From contig NC_068990.1 in the NCBI RefSeq assembly GCF_001194135.2, positions 9,971,089-10,035,088 of the forward strand: 64,000 nt of DNA, in the 5' to 3' direction. Source of the DNA: Octopus bimaculoides (Eukaryota). Both the position numbers and the translations under genes were made by a program. How positions within the stretch are numbered: position 1 is the stretch's first letter; each line of letters begins with the position of its first letter. Below, piece by piece: positions 1 to 13,190 of the stretch. The notes beneath the pieces were generated by a model. That model had not been told where the DNA came from and did no database searches. It saw only the letters and a list, made by a program, of their open reading frames with translations.

Positions 1-206
1 TTGCTTTGTTCTGAGTAATACGTTTGTACTTTAGAAAATATAAGACAGTCGATCTGTTTAATGTAAAACTGTTTTTTCATTAAACATAAAAACAAATTAA
101 TGTAATTGCAATTTCAACTATTACGAATCGGTGCAGCCGAAACATGTGTAGGTCTATGCAAAGCAGTATATTTAAAAAGAATTAAAGCTACTACTATGCC
201 ACTTCG

Positions 207-207
<1 letters not shown>

Positions 208-249
<42 letters not shown>

Positions 250-275
250 TGTTGTTGTTGTTGTTGTTGTTGTTG
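208..275. repeat. Compound microsatellite (ATT)n-(GTT)n
   Basis: Direct reading; abuts the 5' end of a SINE. Confidence 0.95.
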
Positions 276-493
276 AGGCGGCGACCAGGGAGACTCGTTA
301 GCACGTTGGCATAAATGCTTAGCAGTATTTCGCCCGTCGCTACGCTCTGAGTTCAAATCCCGCCGAGGTCGACTTTGCTTTCTATCCTTTCAGGGTCGAT
401 AAATTAAGTACAAGTGAAACACTGGGGGTCGACGTAACCGACACATTCCCTCCCGCAAAATGGCTGCCCTTGTCGCAAACTTCGAAACCATTA
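276..493 (+). mobile_element. tRNA-derived SINE, family A (GTCGACTTTGCCTTTCATCCTTTCGGGGTCGATAAA-type central domain)
   Basis: B-box-like GAGTTCAAATCCC, central GTCGACTTTGCTTTCTATCCTTTCAGGGTCGATAAATTAAGTAC, AT-rich end; homologous copies at 511, 23186, 32598 and elsewhere in the window. Confidence 0.9.
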
Positions 494-510
494 AGATTCT
501 TATTATTTAG

Positions 511-739
511 TCGGTGATCTGGCAGAATCGTTACCAAGCTGGACGAAATGCTTAGGGGTATTTCGCTCATCGTTACGTTGTGAGTTCAAATTCCGCCACT
601 AAGGTTGACTTTGCCTGTCATCCTTTGGGATTCCACAAATTAAAAACCAGTGAAACACTGGTCTCGATGTTAAATATTTGTCCCTTCCTCGAAAAAGCCT
701 GCCCTTGTGGTGAAATTAGAAATCATTGTTATTATTATT
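511..739 (+). mobile_element. SINE family A, second tandem copy
   Basis: CTGGCAGAATCGTTA...GAGTTCAAATTCCGCC...GTTGACTTTGCCTGTCATCCTTT, ATT tail; colinear with 276-493. Confidence 0.88.
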
Positions 740-754
740 GTTGATAGATAGTCA

Positions 755-756
<2 letters not shown>

Positions 757-798
<42 letters not shown>
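757..798. repeat. (CA)n microsatellite
   Basis: Direct reading. Confidence 0.95.
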
Positions 799-800
<2 letters not shown>

Positions 801-3800
801 CGGAGTCCATGGAGAGATTTTTAGTCATCATCACATCTTATAACGAATGTAACTACGAAATAAATATGCACAGCAATTTTGCTGGCGGAAAAACAGAGCA
901 AGTCCCATATATATTGTACATTTTACACCTGCTTGGATTCATAACAGCAATAGCACGAATTCCCGAAGTATTGCCCACCAGATATCAGCAGCTAAAATAA
1001 ACAGGAGAGATTAAATTCCTTATAAAATATGCATTCAGCAAGCAGTTGGGATAAACAAATAAATCTTTTGCTAAGCCAAGTACAATATATCCTAGCAAAT
1101 ATTATGTGCAACCTTTCCAAAATTTCACTTGAACAATAAAACGTCAGCTAAGAAATATTTAGTCATTGCTTGCTAGTAGTCTGTATATTTATTTGATCAG
1201 TTTAATGAAAGTAGAGCGCTGAGTGGAGTACCCTTTTTTCCTAGCTTATATAATATCTCCTTTTCACGAGTATTAAATTTTGACCGCTAATATTAAGAGA
1301 ATAGAAGTTGTGGCCTCTAAAACATGAGAAAATTCGCAATGCAGGCTCTGATATCATAACAATTGCCAAGCTAGACTCATGCTAATATGAAAGCCATATT
1401 TAGTAAAATTATCAATGATATAATTGAAAATGTTATGATCAGAGCGAGAAAAGGTCTTGCGCGTTGGCTTAAGAGAGTATATGACTGAAAGAAATGCAAT
1501 CCTGAATTGATTCTGAATCTAATATAAGTCATTATTACTTTCATTTGTACTACGTAATATTCTTTCCATTAAACAGGAAATTATTACATACTTATACAAA
1601 GGGAATGCTACATACAGATATACAGGAAATTACTATATACTTATGTGAAGAAATTCGTTCATATAATGTAATTAGGGTTCGTTGACAACGAATTGTAGGA
1701 ACCATTGTTTTTACCTTCATTTGATCACCCCGGACAGAAACATTACACAGATATTGACTTGGAAGAAATTTGAGCTGAGAACCTATAAATATATCCTACA
1801 TTATCTTCCATACCCACCCAAATAATCTGGCAATTCTTACTTATTTTCTGTTATATGATGTTTTACAATATATTACGATTAGAATGTATATATATATATA
1901 TATATATATAACGTAGAAATTATAAAACATTATTTTAGCAACCTAAATGACATCACGTCAGTTACATAAAAGAGATATTATATAAGGAATTTATATATAT
2001 ATTTTCAAACGTGAGAAAATAGAAAAAATACAACGTGATAAAAACGACAAAATATTACACACATATTTTCCTATATAGAAATACGAAGAAAAAATACAAC
2101 TATAGGCACATACACATGCGCATACACACAACACACACATATATACACGAATGTATACGTTTACGACGATTATTTTGTAAGATTATTTCAATACCAATAT
2201 GAAAAAATGTCCTATTATAATTACATTAACTTGTAGAATCAATATTTGTCGCAACATAATTATCTGAATATTAAGTGTCAATTATTGATTCTAAATTGTG
2301 CAAAATATTATGGACAGCTGTAGTAGATTTCCAAACATTGCCTTTTTCTATCATAAGATGTCTGCTATTATTTTAAATGTCTCGAAAATTGAGATGTTTT
2401 ATGTTAATATTCTGCGTAAAAATGTCCCACATGAAACTTATTTTAAATAATCAGTTGTCTAAACAAGTCAAAAGATTCATCCTGTCTCTCGTGCTTTCCT
2501 CATATAAACAGAAAACCTAGGAATCTGCATTGAAGTATTTTTCTTAGAATCACAAATGTTTGTTTTTCCTTATATATTAGTTCTGAGTTAATGATTTATA
2601 TAGAGAATTGTATATGGAACGTGATTTGTGCAAATTTGTGTATGATTTAAAACAAGAGTGAAAAACATAAAAGTTCTTAATAATAAGACGCGCTCTCCAC
2701 TGGAATGTAAAAATGCATGAATTGCATCCTGCAAATCATCTGTCTATTTGTGGAGAAGATGTTTCCACTTTGATATATAAATGCAGCGGAAAAATAAAAT
2801 CCTGAAAATCTTGAAAGTATATATAGCAAGTATATTGGAATTCTGTTTAATATTCCACATTTGTTGATCATATCACTTAATCAGTGTTCATAAAACAGTT
2901 ATGAAGCTGATATTGATCGATTAAACAATTCTAGTATAAAGTATTTCTAAATCGTCGTATTGTAAATGTATTTAAATGTTTATATCTATTTTATTCTGGC
3001 CTTTCAAAAATGTTTTATTTCATTTTTTAGACGTATTGTTGATAAAAGCTATCAAACATTTATTGATGAATAGCTGTGAAAATTAATTTGCTTTATCGCC
3101 TTTCGGTCTTATAGGTTAGATCAAAGACATATAAGAAATTATTATCGATATGTTTAACCAAGCGGTTGTAATAGTTGTTATATCTGTCACCAGAGGGCTC
3201 TAAGCAATATTTTAGTGAATACAAATTCGAATGTTACAGTTTTTTTTATGTGAATTTCCACAAAGTGACAATATTTTTCAATTCGTATAAAATGCACGAG
3301 GATACTGAATAAGTGATATATAATATACTACTTTTATTAAAACGTATTTCAGATCAATATCATAATTTCTTCGGGGCTTTCAAACATTATAGGAATGAGA
3401 GCTATTAATAACAGATGCTACAGGTGCCGGTTTCTTTTAGCGACAGCACAATAATAATGATGCCGTAAAAAATTAGCACAAAAAGGAAAACCGAATTTTA
3501 GATTAAACATGGTAAAATATTTGAGAGAATTCGTTTAATGACGATAGCGTTTCCTTGCCTCAGGAACATTTCCGGTGCACAGAAATACAGAAAACGTATT
3601 AAATTTGATATCTATATGTATTAGGAAAAATGTCATCGGATTTCCTATTCAAATAGAGACAGCAACTACGAAGACAACTGGATAAAATGAAGATATTCGC
3701 CCAGTGAAAATGATTATGGCACCATTTCTTTCCGTTTGATACTGAGAATTTAGCAAAACTGAAACTGAAAATACATTCGCAGCTACAGTTTTGTCTCAAT

Positions 3801-4077
3801 TTGTTTAGATAAAGAAATAAATGGTTGGGCATAAAAATAGAAACTGTTAAAGATGTGACTAACCGCCATTTCTGCAATGCAGTATGGATGGTTGTCTCAA
3901 GAAGTCTGCCAAAATGTGCCATATTATCAGTGATCTGGAAAATGGATCGGGAAGTGCTAATGACATTCCACAGTAGAGACGTCAAATGGGATTTGAATGA
4001 TTGGGCATTTAAATTCACCTAAAAGACTAAACGATTATTTTTAGCAAGAACAGCCATAATTTTGAATATGACACTAA

Positions 4078-4169
4078 ACAACAACAACAGCATCAACGAC
4101 GACGACGACACACGATGATGGCGATGATGATGATGACGATGATGATGATGACGATGATGATGATGATGG

Positions 4170-4242
<73 letters not shown>
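4078..4242. repeat. Compound trinucleotide microsatellite (AAC)-(GAC)-(GAT)n-(AAT)n running into an assembly gap
   Basis: Direct reading; explains the poly-Met/poly-Ile ORFs. Confidence 0.95.
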
Positions 4243-4389
4243 NNNNNNNNNNNNNNNNNNNNNNNNNNNNNNNNNNNNNNNNNNNNNNNNNNNNNNNNNN
4301 NNNNNNNNNNNNNNNNNNNNNNNNNNNNNNNNNNNNNNNNNNNNNNNNNNNNNNNNNNNNNNNNNNNNNNNNNNNNNNNNNNNNNNNNN

Positions 4390-4596
4390 ATAACAAAAAC
4401 ACCAAGACTTACAAATATATATATAACATACAGAAAATTGCACTACTGGGTACTGCACACATTCTACGCAAAACACTTTCAATACAGTAAACATAAGAGC
4501 ACCACAGCAAACCACGGCACATACCCAAGGCGCACAGAGCTGCGCTCGGTAGTGAAGTGAAAGCACGTTATAAAAATAAAACTACTGAACAACAAC

Positions 4597-4664
<68 letters not shown>

Positions 4665-4710
4665 TAATAATAATAATAATAAAAATAAAAATAATAATAA
4701 TAATAATAAT
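4390..4710 (+). mobile_element. 3' end of an R4/Dong-like non-LTR retrotransposon with (AAC)(AAT)n tail
   Basis: Translates ITKTPRLTNIY/(2-bp AT slip)/NIQKIALLGTAHILRKTLSIQ* (stop 4488-4490), the typical C-terminus of RLE-type LINE ORFs; ~95-nt 3' UTR, then tail 4588-4710. The 5' side is lost in the gap. Confidence 0.85.
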
Positions 4711-5190
4711 GCTCTGAGGCATTACCAGACACTGGCTCTCATGACTTCTGATGTTAAGTGATTGGAAGTGTTATCATACGTCTGGTATAAAAGATGTCCT
4801 ACAGCAAATATTATGCTCACTATCACAGATTTGCTTGTCAGTTGTTTGACCTTCACCTGTTGTGCATGCACCTTAGTGGCTGACAATATGTGCATCTCTG
4901 ATCACGAGCAGAAGTAGTGGGGGAGCATCATAGTGTTGTTAGAAGAGGAATTCTTTGGAGTTTGTATAATTCACTTCTGGAAAAATCCTTATTCAAGAAA
5001 CTTTTGAGCTGGATCTGAAGAATGTTCTGGGACCCCACCGGGAAGGTCGTGGGCAGATTATCGTGATATGAAATCACCATCAGACAATAGTCATGGTGGG
5101 TATAATGGGCTTCGTAAATTTTACCCTAGCGTTCATATTCACTGCTCTGTCACTCAATAATAATAATAATGATAATAATAACAATAACAA
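4711..5190 (+). mobile_element. Interspersed retroposon (LINE 3' portion or non-autonomous element) ending CTCACTC(AAT)n
   Basis: Complex sequence bracketed by (AAT)n on both sides; resembles an abundant Octopus repeat as I recall it. Class not determined. Confidence 0.55.
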
Positions 5191-5214
5191 CAAAAATATT
5201 AATCCCTTCTTCTT

Positions 5215-5400
5215 TAGGCACAACGCATGAACTTTTTGGAGGTACGGGAGGGTGTTAGATGCGAGCATTGACAGCATTACTTAGACTGGCACTTTATTTT
5301 GATGAGACCCGGAAAGCAAGAAAAGAAAAGTTAACCGCAGCAGAATTGAATTCCAGCTAGAATGAAAATTCCGAACAAGTACCGTAAATAATTTTAAATT
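5215..5400 (-). mobile_element. Degenerate SINE family A
   Basis: Reverse-complement similarity (AGGCACAA...GAAAAGTTAACCGCAGCAGAATTGAA) to the 23186-23404 copy. Confidence 0.5.
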
Positions 5401-7090
5401 GTCGAAGAAACAAGTTGTAGAATTTATACAAGCCCCATTTCTTCGGGATTCTGAATGGCGTCTTCAAAAGAAATGATTTAAAATTGCATTTTGCCATTGT
5501 AGTATTAATGAGACGTAACGTGTAATTCCATCTAGGTGCCGCTATTTGGGAAATCCTTCTCCAACAATATTACCTTACGCATTGCCTCTTTTGGGTGATT
5601 TCGCAAAAAAGAAACCGTGCGCAGTCCATTTATGGCAGCAAATAAAATACCTGCATTGTTTATAGCAAAGCATGCATGTGACAGGACTACCCGGTGAACA
5701 TTAACACAGCAATGGATAAAAGACGCAAGTTTATGTTTTCTCCTTACATTTGAATGCAACCCATTTCATTGCACTATTACTGTAACGGCGCGATCACAGG
5801 CTTGTGTAATTAATTTATTTTCACACTTCCACATATCATTGCATTTAAATGTTTGGGTAACGTTATTGCTAAATGGTGTGCAGTAATGTCTTTAAAACCC
5901 ATGTCCTGTTTCAGCAACGCAATGCTTTGTAACATAAAACAACAGTCAACAGTTGTGAATTGTTCGATACTTCGGGCATTTCATCTACAAGAATTCCAAC
6001 ATATTTATTCTGCTTTAATTCTCTGCATATCATTCAAGATTACCTTTGAAATCGCTTCCTTTCAGTCACCATTCTGTATCTCATTGGCTTGCTATTTGTG
6101 AATCATTCTTATTGACTAAATGTAGACGCTCTTTCGAATACCGGTGTAATCGAAAGCTTCGGATTCAAAATAAATCTGAAACAAATTTGGCAAACTAACT
6201 AAATTTATATATGCGTAAATCAACTGCCGCATAACAGTCCTATGTCTTCATATTCAGTTGTCTCTTTTTCTGCGCCAGTCCATGTAATTATTCCCACATG
6301 TTTGGAGATTGATAAGGGATTTTGTCAGGGATAATGTATATGATTTATTATGGCCTCCTGTAGGTTACTTAAATCCTTAGAACCTTTGACATTCGAATCG
6401 ATTTTCTATTTATTGAGTTAAATAACAAGCATGGCCAGCAGTGTAAGAGAATACCCAATTGACTCTTTTTAGATCCGTATAAATTAGTATGAATACACCC
6501 AATGCATTTTTTGTTGGAAGGACATAAATTTGGTACTCTATGCGTCGTCTGCAATAATTATACATTAATATTTCGTTTTAAATATGCATTTGAAATGATT
6601 ATTTTCCAAGCCCTACAATAACACGCATATCAGTCATTTGAACAAATATATTAAATATTCAAATGGTACTCAATTAATAAATAAATATGGCATATCTTTG
6701 ATGTTGGAACAAGCACACGTGTATTTGTGTGTCCTGCCTATGCATTAAAAGGAGTATACTAAACCTTAGTTTCCCCACGTGGCTTAATTGGCCAACAATA
6801 GCAAGGAAAGGTTATATAATGATTGTTTTTTCATTTCCACATTAAATTCGAAATAAATAAGAGATCTGTATCGTTACATTTGAACTTGCTTTTCACGATC
6901 TGCAAAGGCTTTGTGTGTTGGTAGCTGCAGAATTTGATGAGACTGGTAGAGTTTTGTATGAGGGTTTAAATAGCCACAATTGTTAGTGAGTTTGCATGGG
7001 TTAAAATTAAAGTCACTCGGCATCTCCTCTGAAAATTTTACACTTCTTTGAGAGTGAATCCGCTAATTAACACGTGAAACAGAAATAAAT

Positions 7091-7485
7091 AGACGCACGG
7101 TGGCTGCGTGGTAAAAAGCTTGCTTCGCAACGACGTGGTTCCAGTTTTAGTCCCACTGTGTGATACCTTGGAGAAGTGTCTTCTGTTATAGCCTCGAGCC
7201 GACCAAAACATTGTGAGTAAATTTGATAGACGGAAACTGAAAGAAACCTGTCGTATATATGTATGTATTTCTGGTGTGTCTGTGTTCGTCCCCACCGCCA
7301 ACGTTTGGCAACCGATGTTGTGTGTTTACGCCCCGTAACTTAACGTTTCTGCAAAAGAAGCCCATAGAATAAGTACTACGTTTACAAAGAGTAAGTCCTG
7401 GGGTCGCTTTGTTCAACTAAAGGCGGTGCTCCAGCATGGCCGCAGTCAAATGACTGAAACAAGTAAAATAATTAAAGAAGAAAAG
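7091..7485 (+). mobile_element. tRNA-derived SINE, family B (OR-type/CORE-like octopus SINE), near full length
   Basis: A-box TGGCTGCGTGG, core GATACCTTGGAGAAGTGTCTTCT, internal TA/TG run, 3' CATGGCCGCAGTCAAATGACTGAAACAAGTAAAA; second copy at 15950-16352. Confidence 0.9.
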
Positions 7486-7797
7486 AGCAACGTGAAGGTG
7501 ACACCAAGTGAGAGAGGGCAGAGTGATGCAACGTTCATTTCAGAAATTGCCTGCCTTCTGACGTTAACTTGATTGTGAAATGACGTCAGTCTGCATATAT
7601 TCGAACTCAAACAATACCTTTGTTGTACTGAAGATGAAAGAACATTGTCGATATATGGCACAGGGAATTAGTTTCCGTAATGTTGCCCCCAACTAATTAA
7701 CTAATTCAATGTTCATTGATTTTGACTTTTCCTTAATAAATGACAATGTGTGCATGTGTGTACTTACATCCACACTCACGTAAATCGCTTCATATAA

Positions 7798-7880
7798 ATG
7801 TGTGTGTGTGTTTGTGTGGGTGTGTGTGTGTGTGTGGGTATGTGTGTGTATGTGTGTATGTGTGCGTGTGTGTGTGTGTA
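7798..7880. repeat. Imperfect (TG)n microsatellite
   Basis: Direct reading. Confidence 0.9.
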
Positions 7881-8149
7881 CATACGGGTGTGTGTACATA
7901 CGGGTCTGTAACAACAGCAACAAAATGAAGAGTATGAGAAAATATTTGAAACCTAAGAAATGCAAAAAAATTGATAATTTGATGCGAATACGTCACACAT
8001 ACATTTATTATAGTCAGAATCTTACGCCAGATAATATTCCTCTTAGATTAGATTGTATTTCTTTCTTTTTGTTTTCTTTTCTGACATCTTTTGCGGTCTG
8101 CTTTCAGATCAGCGCATGTGCTATAGCATTCTTCACGTTTTTCTTTGAA

Positions 8150-8800
8150 AAATCAATCAAGGACGATCCTCAAAGTGCATTTCTTTTAAGACGTACCTTC
8201 TATTTTTCTAATTGATAGTTACCTTCTTTGATCTCATAGAGTGACTTTCTTGGCTCTCATACTCACAATTGTGAATGTTCTGCTTAATGAAATTACTATA
8301 TCACTTTCTGATCAATATCATAACTCACCACTCATGCATGTTTTGGCTAGATCAGTAAATCAGTTTCTGCACTTAGTTCTGCATAATAGTCCTGCATAAG
8401 AGGACCTTCCAGCTTCCTCTCAAGAGGTTTCTGCATGATAATCCGATTAAATTGACTGCAAATGTTACAATATTTTGTAAGCTAAGACCGCCATGTGAAA
8501 CTTTGGAAAAATGCGTGGTAATTCCCCCTACAAATCTATCCAAATTCTGTCTATGTAAGTCCATGATGATTCCCTGAAAACTGTCCTAGTGTAAGGTGAA
8601 GCATATTTTAAATTATGTCATGATAACGCAGGCTCTTTTAAATCTTTATAAGTGTTTTCATGACATATATTCACCATTGTTTCATTGAATAACATATCGC
8701 AAACACTGTCCATGAAAAGTTTCGCTGTACCAATTCTATTCTGGTTACAAAATGGCCATTAATTTGGTGGTCACATTCTTTATAGCATCACTGAAATCAG
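8150..8800 (-). mobile_element. Very old RLE-type LINE remnant (tentative)
   Basis: Minus-strand peptide scraps WYSETFHGQCLR and LKRNAL*GSSLI resemble the W..K.LHGQFLR and LQK.ALLGT..IL motifs; many stops and frameshifts. Confidence 0.3.
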
Positions 8801-9849
8801 ATCTTCCGCAATCTGACATCCAAATCAAGGAATAAAAGTATTACCATCAGGTGCATACTTTTAAAAAGTGCACGTTTCTGCCACTTAGACCGTTGTCCAC
8901 ATTATTGTGAGAGTTGAGATGGATGAATTTTATATGGTAGTTCCTGATTTATTAAAGGTTAGTATTTTAGATCATAGTGGCCTGAGGTCAACAAGAGGTC
9001 ATCTACATTTCAATGTTAACACACATCTATATGAATTTGCACTACCCAGCATTAAGTAAAATCCCTAAGGTGAATAAAAAAGATAAAAAGTGTATATTAT
9101 TCTACTTTATTTGTAAGGTTTTCTAAACAGTTCTACACGCTTTCAAGATCACTTATTACGTTGTAAATAATTCATAATGTAGTGGTATGATTCTGGAAAT
9201 GACGATTCTTGACAGAAATCTCAAATGTACAAATAGGCAATTTGTAGCGTTCTCATCTGTAAAAAAAAAAAAAAAAAAAAAAAAAAACGTGTTTGTCGCA
9301 TCTTGCTAAATCAACGTACCGCTCTTTTCCAGAACTGTCATTGTCATTATTGTTATTTTTGCTTTCCTTCCGACTTAGTGGTTTCCTTATATTGCTCTAT
9401 TTTCATTTTGTATGATTGCTTTATTTTTGTGCTCAATGTGAATAATTTTCCTGATGCAGCTATATTCTGTTTTTTGTTGTAGAATTTGTTGGTATTGCTC
9501 TCTCTTGCTGTTTTTCAGGAATCGTAATTATCGGTTGAACGGACACGTTTATCGGCCCACATTCCATAGAATCTGATTTAATGTTGTGAAAAATATAATG
9601 TGTGATCAGATCGCACGAATCATTTGCTCCCATTCTTTTTAACTACATTACTTTGACTACCCACTATTTGGAAGTATTTTGGTTGACCTTGCATTTTATG
9701 TAGAAGTGCACTTACAGCTTTATCTCTTTTCATATCGCTGAAGTTTCTATTATCGCCACTAAAGGAAATATCTTACTGAGACCCTTCTATGTATATTATT
9801 TCTGTTACTGTTGTTGTGCCTGATGCCGAAACCACTTCTGTTCTAGCCA

Positions 9850-10700
9850 TTGCAGCGGTCGGGTTATCGTCCCCAGTGGTTGAGCACGTGCTCATTTTTT
9901 CCGATCAATATTTTGAAGCAGAAAATTATGTGTAGCTAATTTTACACATTTATTGTGACCCCAGATTTCTCCTTTATGCTACTACTACTGTCGTTTTTTT
10001 TTTAAATATCCTTATAATGGTAGACATATGTATCTACTAGGTTTAAAGTGCATCACACACCTGAAATTCCAGCAATATTTTTGTTTTCTTTTCTAAACGA
10101 AGCTGAATTTAAACGTATGCCTCCACATGTTCCTCCATAATTGTACATACCTTTGCAATGGAACACTGCCTTTTTGAAGTCTTTTCCAGTTTTATGGGAC
10201 ATGCATGATATATAATTGGTTTGAACAATAGTTATTGGTACAACTCTCACCTCTATAATTCACGTACAACAACTGCCCTTAGCTGGGATTTTCATGCATA
10301 GGCTATTTTCCATAACTTCTCTGGTAAATATTTCTCAATTTTTATTGCTTGTATGTTATTTCTTTATTGACCCCATTTTATTCTTTCAAATGATCTTACT
10401 CTTTATTTGAATTTTCTCCTTGGGCGAAACTTTGAAGTTATCGTAAAGCAATTACAGATTTCTCTGTACAAATTTTAAACTCCACAGATTTTCTGATATA
10501 AGAAAATACATTTTCATTTATCTTCGTCGTTGTTTTCATCATGGTTATTGTTTTTGTTGCCCCTACTCAGCTGCTGTTTTTGGAAGCATTCATCATGCTG
10601 CCTATATGGTTGCTATGTGTCGTGTTATTTTTCTTTTCTCATATTTATTGATGTAGTGGAAATCGCTGTTGATGATGCATTGTTAACAAACTAGATGTAT
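9850..10700 (-). mobile_element. Degenerate Penelope-like element, GIY-YIG region (tentative)
   Basis: Scraps KGSCCT*IIEVRVV, MYNYGGT..IRLNSASFRKENKNIAGIS and NHIGSMMNASK resemble the PLE endonuclease region. Confidence 0.4.
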
Positions 10701-11057
10701 CTCAAAAGGATACTCATCTACCACACATATTTCACGTAACACCGAACCTGCCATTTCAGTGCTATACGTGTCTATGCATAAGGTAGAAGTGCACACAGGC
10801 ACATTTCAATTCTGGCCATGTTCATATTGTTTTTTACAAAGGATGTTTATCTGAAGTTACTCGAAAGGTCATAACTGTCCGCTATGTAGTTAGAACGGTG
10901 GGTGAACTCTAACGCAGATGACTGGTCAAAATTGTATACATTTAAAAAACTATGGCAACAGCCGGAATCAGTAAATGTAAACGTTTGCGAAAAAGAAAAT
11001 ACAGAAAACATCTCGCTAGCAACGTTTCACCTTGAATTCTGCTAGTGATGTTAATAG

Positions 11058-11088
<31 letters not shown>

Positions 11089-12069
11089 GCAATAGATCTT
11101 TACTCAGTGGTTTAACCTTATAGAAATAGTAAAGATATCTGCTTCAGACACGCCATAAGATATTTAATAAATTATGGCTTCATGAGATTGTATAGCACAC
11201 GTCTCAAGATAATTAAGAAGGTTGAATAGCGGAATTTATCTGACGTAAAGCTAATCTGAAAATAAAGAACAGGAGCCCATTTTAACATATGAAAAAGTTA
11301 CGACTTATTATCTGTATTAACTCACTTTGCTAACGGGTTTTTTCTTGATAACGCTGTTCGTAAACGTTACAATAACAAACATGTTTCGCCTCATAATCTC
11401 CATTTACTGAATAATTTCGAATGTGTGCTACTATCTTTCTGAATATATTTTCACTTTAGGAAACATGAATGAGAGAACCGAATTAAGTATAGCGCGACAT
11501 GAAATACTAAAATTAAGCTAAACATAAAATTTATTTAGATTTGTAATGTTTGAAATACAAATCACAATTGAAAACATTCCACAAATATGTGACTGGATGC
11601 CTCATCAGCTGTCACAAACAAATATTCCATATTCTTCTCTGATATCTGCTGTTTTACTATGCAATGACACTTTTGAGCAAAACATTGCGTTTGCCATTGA
11701 AATATAGTTCTTGGGAAATTAATTATTCTGCAATTAGTATGTGCATGGAATTCGGGACGAGAGTGTCAATACGCATCCATTTCTAGTTTTGTAATATTAT
11801 CAAGAAGCGATGATATAAACTATCAGATTGGGTTAGATGCCGATTTGAAAATAAGGGAATCGGATGAGAAACGTAATCTCAGCTGGTTCCTCCATTGTTA
11901 GGTCTACGAGGACTAAGCTTATTCCAGCTTTTGAGTTAGGTGTTCCATCGGTCAAAATTATCATACAATATATATGAGTATTTAATCCTTTGAATTTCTT
12001 ATGAGATATTATTTAATTCTCTATCTCACTCTCTCTCTCTACATAAGCATATATATATATATATATATA

Positions 12070-12469
12070 NNNNNNNNNNNNNNNNNNNNNNNNNNNNNNN
12101 NNNNNNNNNNNNNNNNNNNNNNNNNNNNNNNNNNNNNNNNNNNNNNNNNNNNNNNNNNNNNNNNNNNNNNNNNNNNNNNNNNNNNNNNNNNNNNNNNNNN
12201 NNNNNNNNNNNNNNNNNNNNNNNNNNNNNNNNNNNNNNNNNNNNNNNNNNNNNNNNNNNNNNNNNNNNNNNNNNNNNNNNNNNNNNNNNNNNNNNNNNNN
12301 NNNNNNNNNNNNNNNNNNNNNNNNNNNNNNNNNNNNNNNNNNNNNNNNNNNNNNNNNNNNNNNNNNNNNNNNNNNNNNNNNNNNNNNNNNNNNNNNNNNN
12401 NNNNNNNNNNNNNNNNNNNNNNNNNNNNNNNNNNNNNNNNNNNNNNNNNNNNNNNNNNNNNNNNNNNNN
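12070..12469. other. Assembly gap (example; others at 4243-4389, 23923-24019, 28104-28594, 36763-37094, 39971-40054, 51171-51195, 52791-53237, 54168-54187, 62988-62997, 63284-63293)
   Basis: N runs, most flanked by microsatellites as expected for short-read assembly. Confidence 0.98.
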
Positions 12470-12510
<41 letters not shown>

Positions 12511-13190
12511 TACATACACACACACATACATGTATATATACCGTATGAACTTTTGTACGGCGGTTGTATACTTAAATATCTGATTCACTCTTTTGATATA
12601 ACTATGGCGAAACATTGGATTGCAGACACTCATATTAACCATGTTGAAGATTTACCAATTTTATGCTGCCAAATAATAAGGAATGCGTAAGTTGAATTAT
12701 TCTTTCTGTGAGATTAATACCTGTTTCACTGAAGCAATACATATTTGGACAAAACCTTGAAATACCAACACGATTTTGCGAATAGCTTATGTACTGAATG
12801 TCAGTATATATTAGTATATATTAAATTATTTAAAAGGTAATAAATATATCTTACTGTACATTGAAGCTATAGATTATTTCGACACTCTATTTCTACTTAA
12901 AATCTATTACACGTCAATGAGAGCGTTGCGAAATTTTAATACTGTCACTTGAAGATAATAATAATGCGATTAACATACATAGAAAATATGAACTTTTATT
13001 AATGATTGCCGGAAAGTAATTTATAAAAGTGAAATAACATTTTATAAGCTATAAAACCATACGTATATACATTGTTTAGTTTACATTTAAGAAACGAAGT
13101 TTGCGCTTAAGTTTCTGGATACAGATAGTAACATAAACTTAATCATCATTTAAGACATGTTTAAATAAATACTGATGCCTGACCCCAACT

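Noticed and set aside
3599-4018. 139-aa minus-strand ORF, the longest non-repeat ORF
   Set aside because: No recognisable domain or convincing splice context; compatible with chance. A BLASTp/tBLASTx search would settle it.
6250-6450. Minus-strand VGIITWT scrap resembling an RLE-LINE RT
   Set aside because: A single short motif; not enough to call.
7091-7170. tRNA gene calls at SINE heads
   Set aside because: A/B boxes continue into SINE bodies, and no complete cloverleaf could be folded.
9820-9832. CTGATGCCGAAAC hammerhead-like words
   Set aside because: No A9, no stem II, and no stem I/III pairing.
12001-12690. Long ORFs (up to 229 aa) here and at 4093, 23872, 27977, 36686, 39803, 52674 and 54080
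   Set aside because: They consist of N-gap codons and dinucleotide or trinucleotide repeats; artefacts.
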